Below the pieces are notes generated by a model. That model saw only the letters and a program-made list of their open reading frames with translations. It was not told the DNA's origin and did no database searches. A program made the position numbers and the translations under genes. This document shows, in pieces, positions 13,740-27,400 of a stretch of 64,000 nt of DNA. Numbering within the stretch: position 1 is the first letter of the stretch; each line of letters starts with the position of its first letter. Origin of the DNA: Botryllus schlosseri (taxonomy: Eukaryota); the NCBI GenBank assembly GCA_051294905.1, contig CM119371.1:37512001-37576000 (forward strand), in the 5' to 3' direction.

Positions 13740-13741
<2 letters not shown>

Positions 13742-13800
<59 letters not shown>
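13742..13800. repeat. (GT)n microsatellite, about 29 units
   Basis: Direct reading. Confidence 0.97.
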
Positions 13801-13803
<3 letters not shown>

Positions 13804-14817
13804 ACAGTGTGACTTTAAACGCTATTCAAGGACCAAAATTATTTCGCAGATGAATATCAATTATAAGTGGAATATTTCCTCCGACAAGTCACAAGCCTTT
13901 TTTCGCAGTTACGCAGAAATTGCAACTTGGGTCGCTGAGGTACTTTATTAACTCCAAACACCGCCAATTGGGCGGCGATAAACATTTGGCTGCCAAAAAG
14001 ACGGCACGTTGGACGAAACCTTCGACATTGATCATTAGGGCAAGTTTTTGTTGCACTAAAATCGCTGGAAAGTTGCATTTAATTTTACCAAAAGTTGCAG
14101 TGAAATCTTGCATTTATAATTTTTGTAGAATTATTAGGGTATGGGATACTCGAAAGGTTCCGCTGTATAACCTAGTTCCTGCAGAGCTGTCAAATTTGTT
14201 ACTTTATTGCCATTTAACACACGGTCTGGCGAAACCGCCATAAATTACATTTTTCCGGCACATAGCAAGCAAATTATGCAATGCGGGAATAATTTTCCCC
14301 AAAAAAGTCAAACACCATAGCGATAACCCCTCCCCCTAAAAGAAGTCATATACCACATCCCAAACCCCTTTGGTCTGCAGACTTGACCCAAGGCATTACA
14401 GAAAAACTCACTCTCGGTGACTTTACCAAAATCAATAGCCTGAAAAGGTGATTCAGTGAAAATGTAATTTTCGGCGGTCTCGCCTGGGCGCTCGTGAAAT
14501 GGTAAGCTATTTCAATTAAAACAATATAATTATTAAAGCGATCTATTGACATATTGTTCGGGCGCGGTGGGGCTTGGTAGGGGTGGTTGAGCTTCTTGCT
14601 TGCAAGCCATTGTGTCATAGATAACAGTGAGATGCAGCTAACCCATCATATAGCTCTTTGTTTTGCAAATCAAAGAGATTTGATCGAGAGAGAGAGAGAG
14701 AGAGAGTCTTTATTTTCATCCAACCAAAATACATAACAAACGGCAGTGATGGTGGTACAGAAAATATGCATGCACAGTATTCGGTATTAGATAGGAATGA
14801 TCGATAAGACCGTGAAG

Positions 14818-17377
14818 CAGACATGGGGTGATTACTTCATGAATGTAATCGATTGCGATTACGATTACTTCTGAATGACGCGATTACGATTACGATTACG
14901 ATTACAGTAAAATCAGGAAGTAGTCGATTACGATTACGATTACATTGGAAAAGTAATCACGATTACTCACGATTACATTTATTTTGCATCTTAGAAGCTA
15001 TGTTGGAAGGCAATATATGGATTGCGCTGAGAAGGCCTAATGAGATAACAAACTCCCTTTAAAAAAGATGCGTCATTTGTTTGTTACGTCATAATGACGT
15101 CATAATGTATCCATTGCCCATTTTCACAGAGGTCAATTTATCGCGCCCAACGATTTGCATTCTTGCCAGGGCCGCAACTGCCGCACCGCAAATTTCCCGA
15201 TAGGGTGGAGAGCGAGCTCGAAGGGGACTCAAAAAGTATTTCTTAAACCAACATAAGTTATAGAGTATTTTCGAGAGATCTAATTAACTTGAAAATCCTC
15301 TCTAGATCAATGATTGCCAACCGCGGGTCTGAGAGCCGCATGTGGCTCTCAGCTAGACAACTTGCGGCTCCCCTTGACGTTGGAAAATCCAACAAAAATA
15401 ATAAAAAATCAATCTATAACAAAAAAAATTGATATTCCAAAATTTCACATGCTTTGCTTAGAATCTGTGAGCATACTTTTTGTCGTGAGTTGAGTAACGA
15501 AATCGTTGCCGAGTAGAGAATCGCTACTCGACACCAAAGAAATTGGTCTTCACTCTAAATTATAAACTTCACTCAAATGCGTCTGGATCGGCACTCAAAT
15601 TTAAGTCTGCTCATCACCAGACTTAATAAAGTGCAGGTGGTGTTACAACACGTTTGACAACGCTATCTGACCAGCAACCAATGGATTATTTGACTTGATT
15701 GTTAAGTTCAACGGCCGCATTGAATGAATGCTTTTTAACCTTGATGAAATGTTTTCAAGTCATATTGTAGTTAATGTGGCCACTGACCGTATTGTAATTT
15801 ACAACTTGAGTTGCTATACATGCATTCAGATATAAAGACATGACAATTTGTTTATGCGTCTCACGAAAGTTTTCTTTTAGTCTGCTAGACTGCTACGTTT
15901 GAGCCACTATAATATCTTTTGATTATATAACTAACCGGAGGTCACGAATTACGAACATACACTAAAGTAATTATAACAAGAAACCAGAGGTCATAATTAT
16001 GAATTACGTTGCCCGAGCTCTACAGGTAGGTAATTGTGTGGCGAGATAGCGCAATGGTATAATCCACCGCTACAACATCAATGGGATGCGGGTTCGAGTC
16101 TGAACGAGGTCGACTTCGTAATTCCTCCCAAAGTGTTGGAGGTTTATCTAGGCCTCTCCTCGCCGCCTAATCCACGTAAGCGGTGGCTTACAAAAATCTG
16201 AGAATTGGGTCGTGCTACAAGTTGACGGATACGGAATCGAAAATGCATAAAATCGGCCCGGTGTAAATGTCTGTGGTGGTCGACAAACACCATGACTACC
16301 TAAAACAAATAAACTCTGCAGGTATATCTGACCATCGCGGGCTGAGAGAGGATTAAAAATTATTAATAATATATTGCAATTACTAAATTTCTTGACGAAA
16401 TTCAATCTTCAACTTGAGATTACAACCCTACGGGAGCCAAAGACCAACGTTTGGACTGAGGGACGAATTGCTGTTTTGGTTCTGGTTCCAGCTACAACCC
16501 ACGCTAACATGATATATAAGCCATGGCGGGAGGTCCAAATGTTGAATAAAGAATTATGAAATAACGATAGGCGCCCGAAATAACGATAGGCGCCCGTTTC
16601 AAGTACAGTCGTATGAGAATAAGACGAATTGAACATAAAATTCTGCCTTCAACTTAATACAGATATTGTACTGCAAGCTGCCGTTACGAGAAATGGCAAC
16701 TATATCACCAGCTGTTGATTTTTACTGCTTCGTTGTGGAAACCGCAATGTTTTATTTGACGAGTACAAAATTTCAAATCTTTATCTGGTGTACGACGTAC
16801 GTACGTAGACTGGAGAGGCCTTCTGCTCGCCAAGCAGCAATGGTCAAACTGCGTTTAACTAAGCACAAGCATAACCAAACATCAACGCATGAGTTACTAT
16901 TTTAAACTATAGGCAGAGCGGAGATAAATTATACTGCTGCGAGGTAGTGGCGTGTGGAACGCGTTGATAACCCGATATACAGCACGGCGGGTGTTCTTAC
17001 AATCAGACCAATGGACGACGTAGGTACATCGAATATCTATTTACTGTGGATATACTTTTTACACAATGACGCTCAAAGCTAATAGGCTGCTTCTGACGTA
17101 ATAATGAGCAGTGGCGTTTGAAAATCAGACGTTTGTGCTATCAATAAACCTGATATGCTTCCTTGTTCACAAATGTTCAGTTTATGTCATAGTCCTTGTA
17201 CAAATAAAAAGTAATCGTTCTCTCACAGAGAAATCGATTAGATATGGGAAGTAGTCGATTACGATTACGATTACTTCGGATTTTTTTCGAATGTAATCGA
17301 TTGCGATTACGATTACTTGAAAATGCTGTAATCGTCGTAATCGATTACGATTACTAATCACGATTACCCCATGTCTG
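14818..17377. mobile_element. Non-autonomous hAT-like element with (CGATTA)n subterminal repeats
   Basis: TIR CAGACATGGGGT; TSD CCGTGAAG at 14810-14817 and 17378-17385. Homologous to 48855-51777. Confidence 0.9.
16038..16314 (+). mobile_element. tRNA-derived SINE family 1
   Basis: TAGCGCAATGG...GGTTCGAGTC; body homologous to 682-959. Confidence 0.8.
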
Positions 17378-19159
17378 CCGTGAAGGTCATCTAGTCTGAT
17401 CACACCAGCATCAAACAGGTACACTTGACTCTGAACAGTCTGGCAGTAAAAAATGTTCAGTTAAAAAAGGAAAATAAAAGAAAAATTAAACGATGGTAGC
17501 AAATGATTAAAGAAGCAATGTCTGGGCGAGGTAGGGCAACAGTGTTAGTAGTATAACGACAGGAGGTGATCAAGTAGGTCTTTTTTTAATCTATTATAAG
17601 GCAATTCACGTATATGTGGTGGTAATGCATTCCGGATGATAGGTCCCGAGGATTCGATAGATCTCTTAGTTAGGTTGCTATTGGGTGGGGGTAAGTAGAT
17701 ATTTCCCTTTGACGAGGATCTCGTGTAATGGGAATGGACATTTTTAGCAGGTATGAAAAAGTCATCAAACACAGGAGGCAAACTATTGGAAAAATATTTG
17801 TGAACAACTTTTGATACTTCGAAGCGATATAGTTCATCAACTCGCAAAATTCGATGCTTACGGTAGTAAGGCGATAAATTGGTACGTAAAGGTACATATG
17901 AGATCAGCCGTATCGCACGGTTTTGCAGGGTTCGAATTCCGCACAAAAATGTTGTGCATGCATTTCCCCATACTACGATTCCATATTGCAGATGTGAGTG
18001 GAAAAGAGAGAAGTAGATGGTTCGTAGTACTGATCTGGAAACCAATGATTGGAGACGGGTCATTATTCCCACACACCGAGCTAGTTTTGATATTGTGCAT
18101 TCAATATGCTGCTACCAAGACAATTTGGAATCGATGGTGACGCCGAGATATTTTGCTGAGTCACGTATGGAGATTTGTTTATGATTGATGTTCACAGTGA
18201 AATTATGACTGGCATTATTTAAAACGAGCATCTCGGTCTTATCTGCATTCAAACTTAGTTTGTTTGCTTGCAGCCATCTCGACACTTTTGGGAGTTCCCT
18301 ATTCACAGATGCATGCAAATCATCGACAGTGTTGGAGGTTATGAAGAGGTGAGTATCATCAGCAAATAGGGTTGTGCGGAATAAAGATGCATTAACAATG
18401 TCGGTAATGTAAATGAGGAAGAAAGTCGGCCCAAGGACTGAGCCTTGTGGCACTCCACAAGTTATATCTCTGGTAGTCGATCTTAATGTCCCCAGTTTAA
18501 CAAATTGTTTGCGGTTTGCCAGGTAGCTTTCAAGTAGAGTTGCTGCAATACCCCAGATTCCATAGTGTTCTAGCTTGTATCTTAAGATTCTGTGGTTAAC
18601 TGTGTCGAAAGCTTTGCGGAGATCGATAAAAATGCTACAGCCACTTTTTTTGCTTGATGGTTTGGTAATAGTCCGTTACAATTGATAGTATTGCATGGTT
18701 GGTGTTATGGTTTGATCTGAATCCATGCTGAGTCGGAGACAGTACTGCATTCAATTCAAAAAAATTCTTGAGTCGGCAGTCAATCAGTTTCTCAAAAACC
18801 GTGGCAAGATTTGGCAAAACAGATATTGGTCGGTAGTTAGAAATTAGCTTTTTACAGCCTTTCTTAAACACTGGCATTACTCTGGCAGTTTTGAGAGCAT
18901 CTGGAAAATGCCTAGACGTATCGACTCATTAAAGAAAATGCCTGTAACATCACCAATAATATTAAAGACTAGGTTCAGTAAGTGAGTTGGGATGAGATCG
19001 GGTCCTACTGCTTTGTTACTTTTCATTTCAGATAATACGATCGCAACTTCTCCTTTACTTGTCGGCTCAAGAAAAATGGATTTCTGAGGGCCAGGACTCA
19101 AGTACGAGAGTTTATAGCATGTTTTCAAATCACTGCTTTACATTTTAACGCAACATTTG

Positions 19160-19900
19160 ATAAAACCTGTCCTACTGATCATAATTCTAAGTGTAGTTGT
19201 AGCTACACAATGTTTACCAATTACATTCGCAAAAGAAATTGGCTAGTTGTTCAAGTCTGACTCCAGGAACTGTTCCATTATTCTACTTGAGTAGCAGGTG
19301 AGTATAGCCTGGCGGCCGGTGGTCGAAACCCTTCCCATTCCATATGTTGCCTCATGAACATCTGTACAAGTTTATAATAGAAAGTGGTTCGAATCCCCAA
19401 AGTCCAATCCTGGCTACGCCATTGTTAGTAGTGACCACTCTCATCGCGCAATGACTGCAAGAACATCACAAAACCAAGCACAGGTTTCACCATCCACGCC
19501 AAACGACGACACGTGTTTTCTTAGTGGTAGGAAACTATTTTTACTTAAAAGCACAACTAAAACTGGATCTAGAACTACTCAATGAAGCAGCAGTTGGTTG
19601 ATCGTCAACCAAGCAGATTTGCAGTTTGTACAGGTCTGACGGCAAGCGCTGCATTGGGATTGTTATGTTGATGCATTTACTTCGGTATCTTGAGATAGAC
19701 CTTTCTGTATGACAAGTCATCGTTGCCAAATATTGTTTACACCTGTCCGGTAGCAGGAGATTGAAATGATGATTCGCCCTCTTTGCGTCATCAAACTTGT
19801 CAGTTATGTGACAGTGATGCGTTTGATGTTTATTAGTTGGTAAAAAGCTTCAGACGAATGGCTGCACGAAAAAATCTTTCTAGTTCCACACGACATAATT
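19160..19900 (+). pseudogene. Possible decayed secreted CTLD-like gene
   Basis: IKPVLLIIILSVVVATQCLP (signal-like)...G*LFKSDSRNC followed by a GTGAGT donor near 19298. G*SSTKQIC at about 19596-19622. D*NDDSPSLRHQTCQLCDS is homologous to 48497-48553, with mostly third-position differences. Confidence 0.35.
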
Positions 19901-20012
19901 CATCACCAGATTATCGTGTATTTTCTCATGAAATTGAACTAGAAAAGAATGTCCCATCAGATCTCTAACCAGAGCTACAGTGTAACTAGTAACTTGCATA
20001 TAAGGATCGTAA

Positions 20013-20561
20013 CAGGGTTGTAATGACTCGAGTCACGATTTTCTGATGACTCCGCTTGACTCGAGTCATTTTCTCAAAATACGGAAATGACTCGACTCGA
20101 CTCGAGTCAATGTGTGTATGGACTCGACTTGGACTCGAGTCATTACGCATGACTCGCGATTAAGACGGCCAAGAGCGACGTTCATTGTAATTCCGTAAAA
20201 GTAAAGTAATACTCACCCTATTTGGAGTTCGTCTAGTGGTACTGGTGCTGGAAAATGCGACCTGAAACTATTAAAAGGGAGAAAAATTAGTATAATATAA
20301 ATGCGAACCATTCGATATCATCAAACAGAGTTATAACAGTGAGTTTAACAAGACTTCATCTGGAAACTGAGCAGTCAACACAATGACTTGGACTCGGACT
20401 CGAGTCATAATACCATGACTCGGACTCGAACCTCTGCTCGATGACTTGGACTCGAACTTGACTCGGTGGCGAATTTAAAATGCCTCGACTTGATTCGAGT
20501 CAAAACTAAAAAAGTGAGATTGACTTGTGACTCGGAGCCTTGTGACTTGGTTACAACCCTG
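20013..20561. mobile_element. hAT-like MITE, GACTCGAGTC-rich family
   Basis: TIR CAGGGTTGTAA; TSD GATCGTAA; empty site at about 48733. Confidence 0.9.
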
Positions 20562-20875
20562 GATCGTAAATGCCGCAGTCGAAAAAGGTACAAAACCCCG
20601 ACGATAGTCTACTCTTGGAGCAGTTCGACTATTTCGGAAGTACTATTTTACAGTTGACAGTCTAAGAGTCTACGGAATATGACGAAACTAACAACGTCAC
20701 ACACCAATTAATTAACTCCATATTCGTTACTCGATTTGGAATAAATAACGACTCAATATGCGAAGCGCAATGAATTGAATCACGTCTTACACTTGAAAAT
20801 CTAGACTCGATCCGAGTCACGTCGAACAAGTGAGTAGATTTGACCCGAGCCAAAATGTGACTCGATACGATCTGA

Positions 20876-21450
20876 GGGCGGAGATAATAACGTTGGATTG
20901 GCAGTGAAGTCGATTATCGCGTTCGTCAGGATGTATCAACCCGGGATTAAGGAAACCGGTCGATCGCAGCGCCTAACGTTAGTAATAATCTCATGATTTA
21001 ACAAACCGGAACTAGTTATCCATAAAAACTACGTACACTGCGTACCATTCCTACGCATAAATATTTCCAATAATGACCGTATCGACTGTCCCCTAGGTAA
21101 TGACTTCACTAAACAATTAACGAATTATGCACCCACCATTGCTGAGCGATATCAATATTCTATAAACCGTTTCGTAGCTTTACCGTACTAATTGTACACG
21201 ACTTTCATTTGACGATGATGATAATTCTACCTAACACAGTGGCAGGCTGCTGTTTCATTCAACAAATTGACAATTGACAGACTATAACGCATTTTCGCAT
21301 TATGATGCAACAGATAAAGCCACTTGATTGAAAACTCGGGACACCGCGACCATCGCGCGTGACCTTTCGCAACTTTATGCGTCGCGATTAGCAGTATCTA
21401 ATCACACGATTAGCATTCTTCTGGATCAGCTAACTTTATTATCTCCGCCC
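20876..21450. mobile_element. PIF/Harbinger-like MITE
   Basis: TIR GGGCGGAGATAATAA; 3-bp TSD TGA; partial second copy from about 32113. Confidence 0.65.
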
Positions 21451-21691
21451 TGAAACTTAAAGATGGCGACTTGGTTCCGACACTGACGTTGGCACTCATG
21501 TTAAAGCAGAAATAATGCCGTAACCTTTCACTCAAGAAGTTGCGATTCCAGAGTAAGTAAAATGTAGGTATTCAAGGCTTAGCATTGTATTAAAACCTAT
21601 AGACTCCGAGGTACACTCTTAGCAAAAAGCATGTCTATTCATAAATAAAGGCCGAAACTGGTTGCAAAGGAAAACGGAACTTAACTCAGGT

Positions 21692-24495
21692 TAGGGTAAC
21701 CATATTTTCGTTGTCCGAATTCCGTAATTCTGTAACGCCTCCTGGCGGGGCTTAAAATGAGGTATGAACACACATGATGTCACACTGGCAAGGCTTTGGC
21801 TGTCAATTGTGTAGATGAACGGATATCTTAACATAGGTCGTGAATAAACAAGACTAGACTATTAGAACATCTCGAATTTGAGCTCCAGTGATTGCTAGGG
21901 TCGGTATTCTCATTTGGTCTGCAACAGACTTCTTCACGGACCGGATTAAATTGTTTAACCCGCCGGCCCTGTGTTTGACAGCCCTGTTAGTTTAGGGTGG
22001 CCATACGTCCGGAATTTCCCGGACATGTCCGGAATTTCATTGTTCAAACTAGCGCCCGGGAGGAATTTCTAAAATATGCCAAATGTCCGGAATTTTGAAG
22101 ACTTGCCGTAGGCTCATAATTTGTTCGTAAATAAACATAAAAACATCATTTTTGGGAATATTTATGCTGATGCATGACATTTTTCTTCGCGCTGCTTGCG
22201 ATTTACAATCACATTTATTGATTTTATTGTGAATATTACCACCCTCGCAAAAACTGCAATAAATACATATAAAAACAACATTCATTTATTGGAATTAGCC
22301 TAATTGTAATCGTAATTATAGGTGAACGGTAGCCCTATATTCCTAGATATCGCTAAGGCCGTTTAAATGCTTTATTCAAAGATTGTGGTTCGTTCCAAAC
22401 GTGGGGTCGTTTGCCTTTGTTCTGGGGTTCGCGAATATGTTGAACGTAATCAGCTTCCAAAATAGCCCGTGAGCATTGTTCCCTCTAATTTGTGACGAGT
22501 CTGCACACATAGGGTTATCATATTCTGGAATCGGGAAAAGAGGATACTTATTTTCAAACACAGAATACCAGTGGGAAATCCTGAAAAGTTGGTAAACTTC
22601 TTCCACAAAAAAAAAATTGGTATCTTTCTCGCTCGGCGCCCAAAATACTGTTTTTTCCTTTCACATCGTCGGATGGTTGACTAAAAAAAGGTCAACTTTC
22701 GCTCAGCTCCCGAAATACCCGCCAAAATCTCAAAAAGGATGACACTTATGCGTCCTCGGTTGACATTTTCAAAAACCCGAATAAGAACCACAAATCCTCC
22801 GAAAGGAGGACGTATGGTAACCCTATGCATACACCCACCAAATTATTGAGCAGGCCCTTGGACAACAGTGCATAACGACTAAAAAAAGGTTATCACATCG
22901 ATTTTTTTGTGCGCAACTTAGATTTTCTGTGCGTAGAGACCGTGACAGTACTGCGCATGTTAGAGGGAACATTGTACGTGAGTAAGTCTGGGCAAAGATG
23001 CTGACTTCTTTTAGTAATCAGCTCGCCAAATTTTGATCAGAGCCAGGGAAAATTTACAAATTGGAGATGGATTCGCGACCATAAAAGGTTGGAAACCACC
23101 GGATGTGGGGTGTTTTTAAGGCCCCAGGGTGCGCACCGGCATAAGGCTAATAAACGAACTTATCGGTGGGGCATGAACATGACTCAACAATGTACAATTA
23201 CGCTCCCTGTATTTTTGAACTCATCACCCCCCACCATCTCTACCGCAAACTCTGATCATGTGGACGAAGAGTAGTAACGATCTAGTAATATATGGAAGAA
23301 CCAATATTATTCAAAAAATTTAACGACCAGGTGCATATAGAAACCAAATTCATATAGCAAGCCCCCCCCCCCCCCAGAAGTTGCATCGACTACCCGATTG
23401 TGGACTGAAATCGTTGTATATTAGGGCGGGAAGGGGCTGAAAACATGTGCTTTCGGTCCCAGTTACACAACACACAATCACATACTCCTGAACCGCATCG
23501 TGACCACCTCTGCTCTATGAGCAAGGCTTTGTTAGTGTGACGTCATACCTCATTTTGGAACCCACTAGTGGGCGCTACAGAGTGTCCGGGATTTGGGTCA
23601 CAGAAATATGGTAACCCTATGTTAGTTAGATCGTTACGATAGGTAGCTGCGTGTTGTAACCGAAAAAAAAAACACTTTCAAGCCAATTACCGTCCCAAGA
23701 AACACTGGTCTTGGTTCCACCATAAGGTGATCGATTCACCTTCTGTCAGGCTTGTATATGCATTTGGTATCTTCTGTACATTTGAGTGTGACATTTTGTG
23801 AAATGATTCTGTCAATAATATTGGTTCTCCATCTATCACTATAAACTTTTTATACTCTCCAAGTGTTCAAATTAGCGGTAGAGCTGGTGGAGATAATGTA
23901 TTTGAAAATGCAGGGAATGTAATTGTTCATCCCGAAGTCTTGCTCCTGTCACACGGATAAGACTATTTATGTGCCGAAATGCCGGTCCGCACCAGCATAT
24001 TGCACATCCAATGGTTTTCCAAACTTTTATGGTCGCGACTCCATTTTCAATTTGAAAATGATCCATGGCCCACCTCAAAATGCGATAAGCTGATTACCAC
24101 ACAAATGGTCAGGACCTTTGCCCATAGACTTACTCACGGCCTATGTTGGCCAGCTGATCAAGTTCAATATATTCGCGATCCCCAGAAAAAGACAAACGAC
24201 CCCCCGCTTTAGAACCAATATATTTGACTAAAGCATTCAAACCGCCCTACCGACACTAGGAATATACCGTTGCGATTAAAATTAGTTTTATTACCGTAAA
24301 AGATAGGTATTTAAATTTTTCTTTTACTGTACTTTGTGCGAGGACAGGGCTACACATATTAAAATCAATATCTGTGACACTAAATCGCGAGAATCGGTGA
24401 ATTAAAATTTCAAGTGTAGCATACTTCTCCCCGAAAATAAGATATTGTCTATATTTCGGACATGTCCGGAAAATTCTGGACGTATGGTAACCCTA
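21692..24495. mobile_element. hAT-like MITE (TAGGGT-ACCATA TIR), outer
   Basis: TSD ACTCAGGT at 21684-21691 and 24496-24503. Confidence 0.85.
21993..23619. mobile_element. Related hAT-like MITE, nested and inverted
   Basis: TSD TGTTAGTT at 21985-21992 and 23620-23627. Its left end resembles the reverse complement of the outer right end. Confidence 0.85.
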
Positions 24496-27400
24496 ACTCA
24501 GGTGTATATCGCGGTCATAAATCCCACGTGTCCACTTGCTACCTTCCTACCTTCCTATTTACATGCATAAATGGGATTAAAATGTTGTACTCGATTTATA
24601 CTGCGGTATAAGTCTGAGGTAGGTTCAGTTTTCCTGTGCCATGGGTGTATATTCACACCCGCATATCAGGTGTGTTCCACGGGTGGAGATACACTCTTCA
24701 CTAAGAGTGTAGATAGAACGAGAAGTATTTTAAAATCATAGCCATGTAAGTAATTCCGTCTCTACTTTGCTACTGGAGTAGGAGTAGAAGCAATGTCGCA
24801 AATTATTACACGGTTACAAAAAGAATCAGCGATTTCCAGTAAGTAAAAACTTTTCAGACCTGGTTTTCTTGAAAATCCTGGAAATTTTAAAAGGAGATAG
24901 GGATGTAGTAAAAAATGACAATAACATGAGTAAGTAGTGCAAGTACGTACTGGTGTACTTCTAAAAAGTAGAAGTCCTCCGTTACTGCGTCTGCGTGACT
25001 CAGGTTGGAAGTGTACGACGTAACATAGATTCATGATTCGTCACTAATGACGCACGAAATCAGACACCAAACATAAACAATCTACTTCACTGGATTAAAA
25101 TTGTCAACAAACGGCTTTAGATAATTCTCACAGCTTTAATCAGATGACTTTAATGACGTTCGCTCAGAGAGCTGATTATCAGGTGACCCCGTAACCTGTT
25201 CTTTCAGATTCACCATATAATCATACCTCAAGCCACATCACTCCTGACTCCTGATGAACTTACACACAGTAAGCTCTTCTTTATTGCAATAACATTTCCC
25301 CATTTTCCGATCACGGCAGACACCGAGAGATATTTCTTGTAGTTGAATATATTTAATAACGAATAAACAATGCTTTCGAAAGATGTTTTGTCATCAAAAA
25401 TATGAGTCATTAATTTCGAAAAAAATGAGAATTCATCACAACTTATTTCAAACTACAAAATAGCGTTGAAATTGATCGTCCGTGACGACGAACTGGGATA
25501 CTCATATTTGGGCAGGTAACCTGGATCCGAATTTTCAAAACATTGTACCACCTGAAAATAGTACATTGAACGCTCTCTCGTTTGAAATTTCATGCTGGTG
25601 ACGTCATATTTTGTGATGCGATTGTTGATGTACAATGTTCTTTCCAATTCTCTACTAGTTGCTGACGATTACCCCTGACAAGCGTCAGCCGAAAATATTC
25701 GGGTTTATTTCAATAGGAATATACTATTCAATTGTACATTGAAGTTCAGCACCTCCAAGGAGCTCTTCAAACATTGAAATCCGGACCGTATTCGGAAATT
25801 CCTACATTTCTTTGCTTATCACTTAGTCGCCCGATCCAAATCTTTCCAAAGTCAACAAATTTTTTTTTTTTTTTTCAAATCGAAATCCCAACTCAGATGA
25901 GATAAGCATCGATTCGAAAAAAATGGATTTGATGACCTTAGACAGATTTGTATCAGGTATGGATTCACGATCTCATTGAATCTGTAATTGGATTTGGGCT
26001 CGGATAAATTTTTTGCAGTTTTTCAATATACTTGCGACTTTCGAACAAATTTTTCTCAATGTTGAATTTGGAGATGGATTTAAACATAAGACAAGAAAAC
26101 CAAAGATTTAAAAAGTGTCTTTAGAGCTGCACAGACAAAAAGAAGCATCATCGGTATTCCAATAGCTGGCGACCCAGTGGTAAAATTTATGAAACTGGCC
26201 TTAGCGGAAAGCTACTGTTACACTGATTCTGAAGATCTAAATTAATATAAGGTCAGGGCACTGAAATTCACCCAAATATCGTTCTGAAAATCGTAAATCT
26301 GCATTGCTCCGAACAATCGGAGAGCCGCAACACAACGAACATAACAATGACTCTGCGATTGTTCGTAACTATGATGATTTCGGGCTTTGAGGGTGATCTT
26401 AGGGTCATGCCATTACCCGGGCAATTTTTAATTGATATTTTTCGAACTGGTAGGACATTAGCTTCCTATTAAAACTGGTTTTATTAACTTTTGCGCGCTG
26501 GTCGACAGCTCAAAGATTACCGTAACTGTTTAGAAAGCTATCATGCAGTAGCCAGCTAGAGCTCCCAAGAGCACTCTTTATTCAAAATGGTGGGGGAAGT
26601 TGCGTTATTTAGCGTTAGTAATAGGACGAAATAAATGTTGTATTTGAATTGGAATCGAATATTTTAGATCACAAGCCTATCTAATGTGACAGGATTTGGA
26701 TCTATAATCCGGAACTAGATTGGAATTTCAAGATATGGTATCCGCTCATCCCTGATAGGCGTGTGATCGATTCGTTGGGTATCGGTGGGATATTTCGTTA
26801 TATCAGATCCGGTGCTATCTGTCAGGCCAAAAGTCCGTAGATAAAAGTTAAAAGGACAGTCAGGTGTACATGTAGCGGCGAACTTCGTCGTCACATGCTT
26901 CGAATTGCAGTGTGTCCACATCGGTGGAATCCACGCGACCGCAGAGAGTGTCGCCGTCCGTAGCGTCAGCATCAGATATCGCCGGAGTGAAGTTGGGGGG
27001 ATCAGATGACACTGAAGAACCATCCAACGGAGCGATGAACTCGGCAGGGATGACGGCTCCCATCAATGCCGTGCCGTCTGCTCCAATCCAGAAAGTCATT
27101 CCCTCAGCACCGAGCACTTCGATCAGAGTTCTGCAACATTTCATGAGAATGTTTTAGAAGTCACTCCCTTACTGGTAGTTTAGAAAAGTATTGAAGAGCT
27201 ACTTTTAAAGTCTAGTTTAAGTCAAAATATAAAAGTTTTTAATATCTAATGTAAATTCCACTTTTATTTAAGTAGATATTACCGAAGTCGATATTGCTTC
27301 TACCTTAAATAGTTTTAACATGTCTTGGAAATGTATTTGTAAATTCTAATCCATTGGTTCTCAAACTATTTTCAGCGCGCCCCTTGACGATGTCACGCCC

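Larger units (their letters stand above)
14686..19128 (-). mobile_element. 5'-truncated, frameshifted CR1/L2-like LINE, interrupted by the hAT element at 14818-17377
   Basis: RT fragments at 19128-17545: KAVGPDLIP, NYRPISVLP, QHGFR, PQGSVLGP, FADDT, KYLGVTID, YGIVVWG..LQNRAIR. The 3' UTR continues across the hAT TSD to AATAAA (14714-14709) and a (CT)n tail (14706-14686). Confidence 0.9.
21614..24709. mobile_element. TA-flanked TIR element hosting two hAT MITEs
   Basis: TIR CACTCTTAG (degenerate to about 23 bp), TA on both sides. Internal 24510-24656 matches 2296-2450 inverted. Confidence 0.55.

Noticed and set aside
14840..14980. (CGATTA)n, GACTCGAGTC and 16-bp arrays as CRISPR-like repeats
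   Set aside because: No unique spacers or cas genes; they are subterminal repeats of TIR elements with TSDs in eukaryotic DNA.
14818..17377. Treating this element and 48855-51777 as part of the segmental duplication
   Set aside because: Different TSDs and non-orthologous positions show independent insertions.
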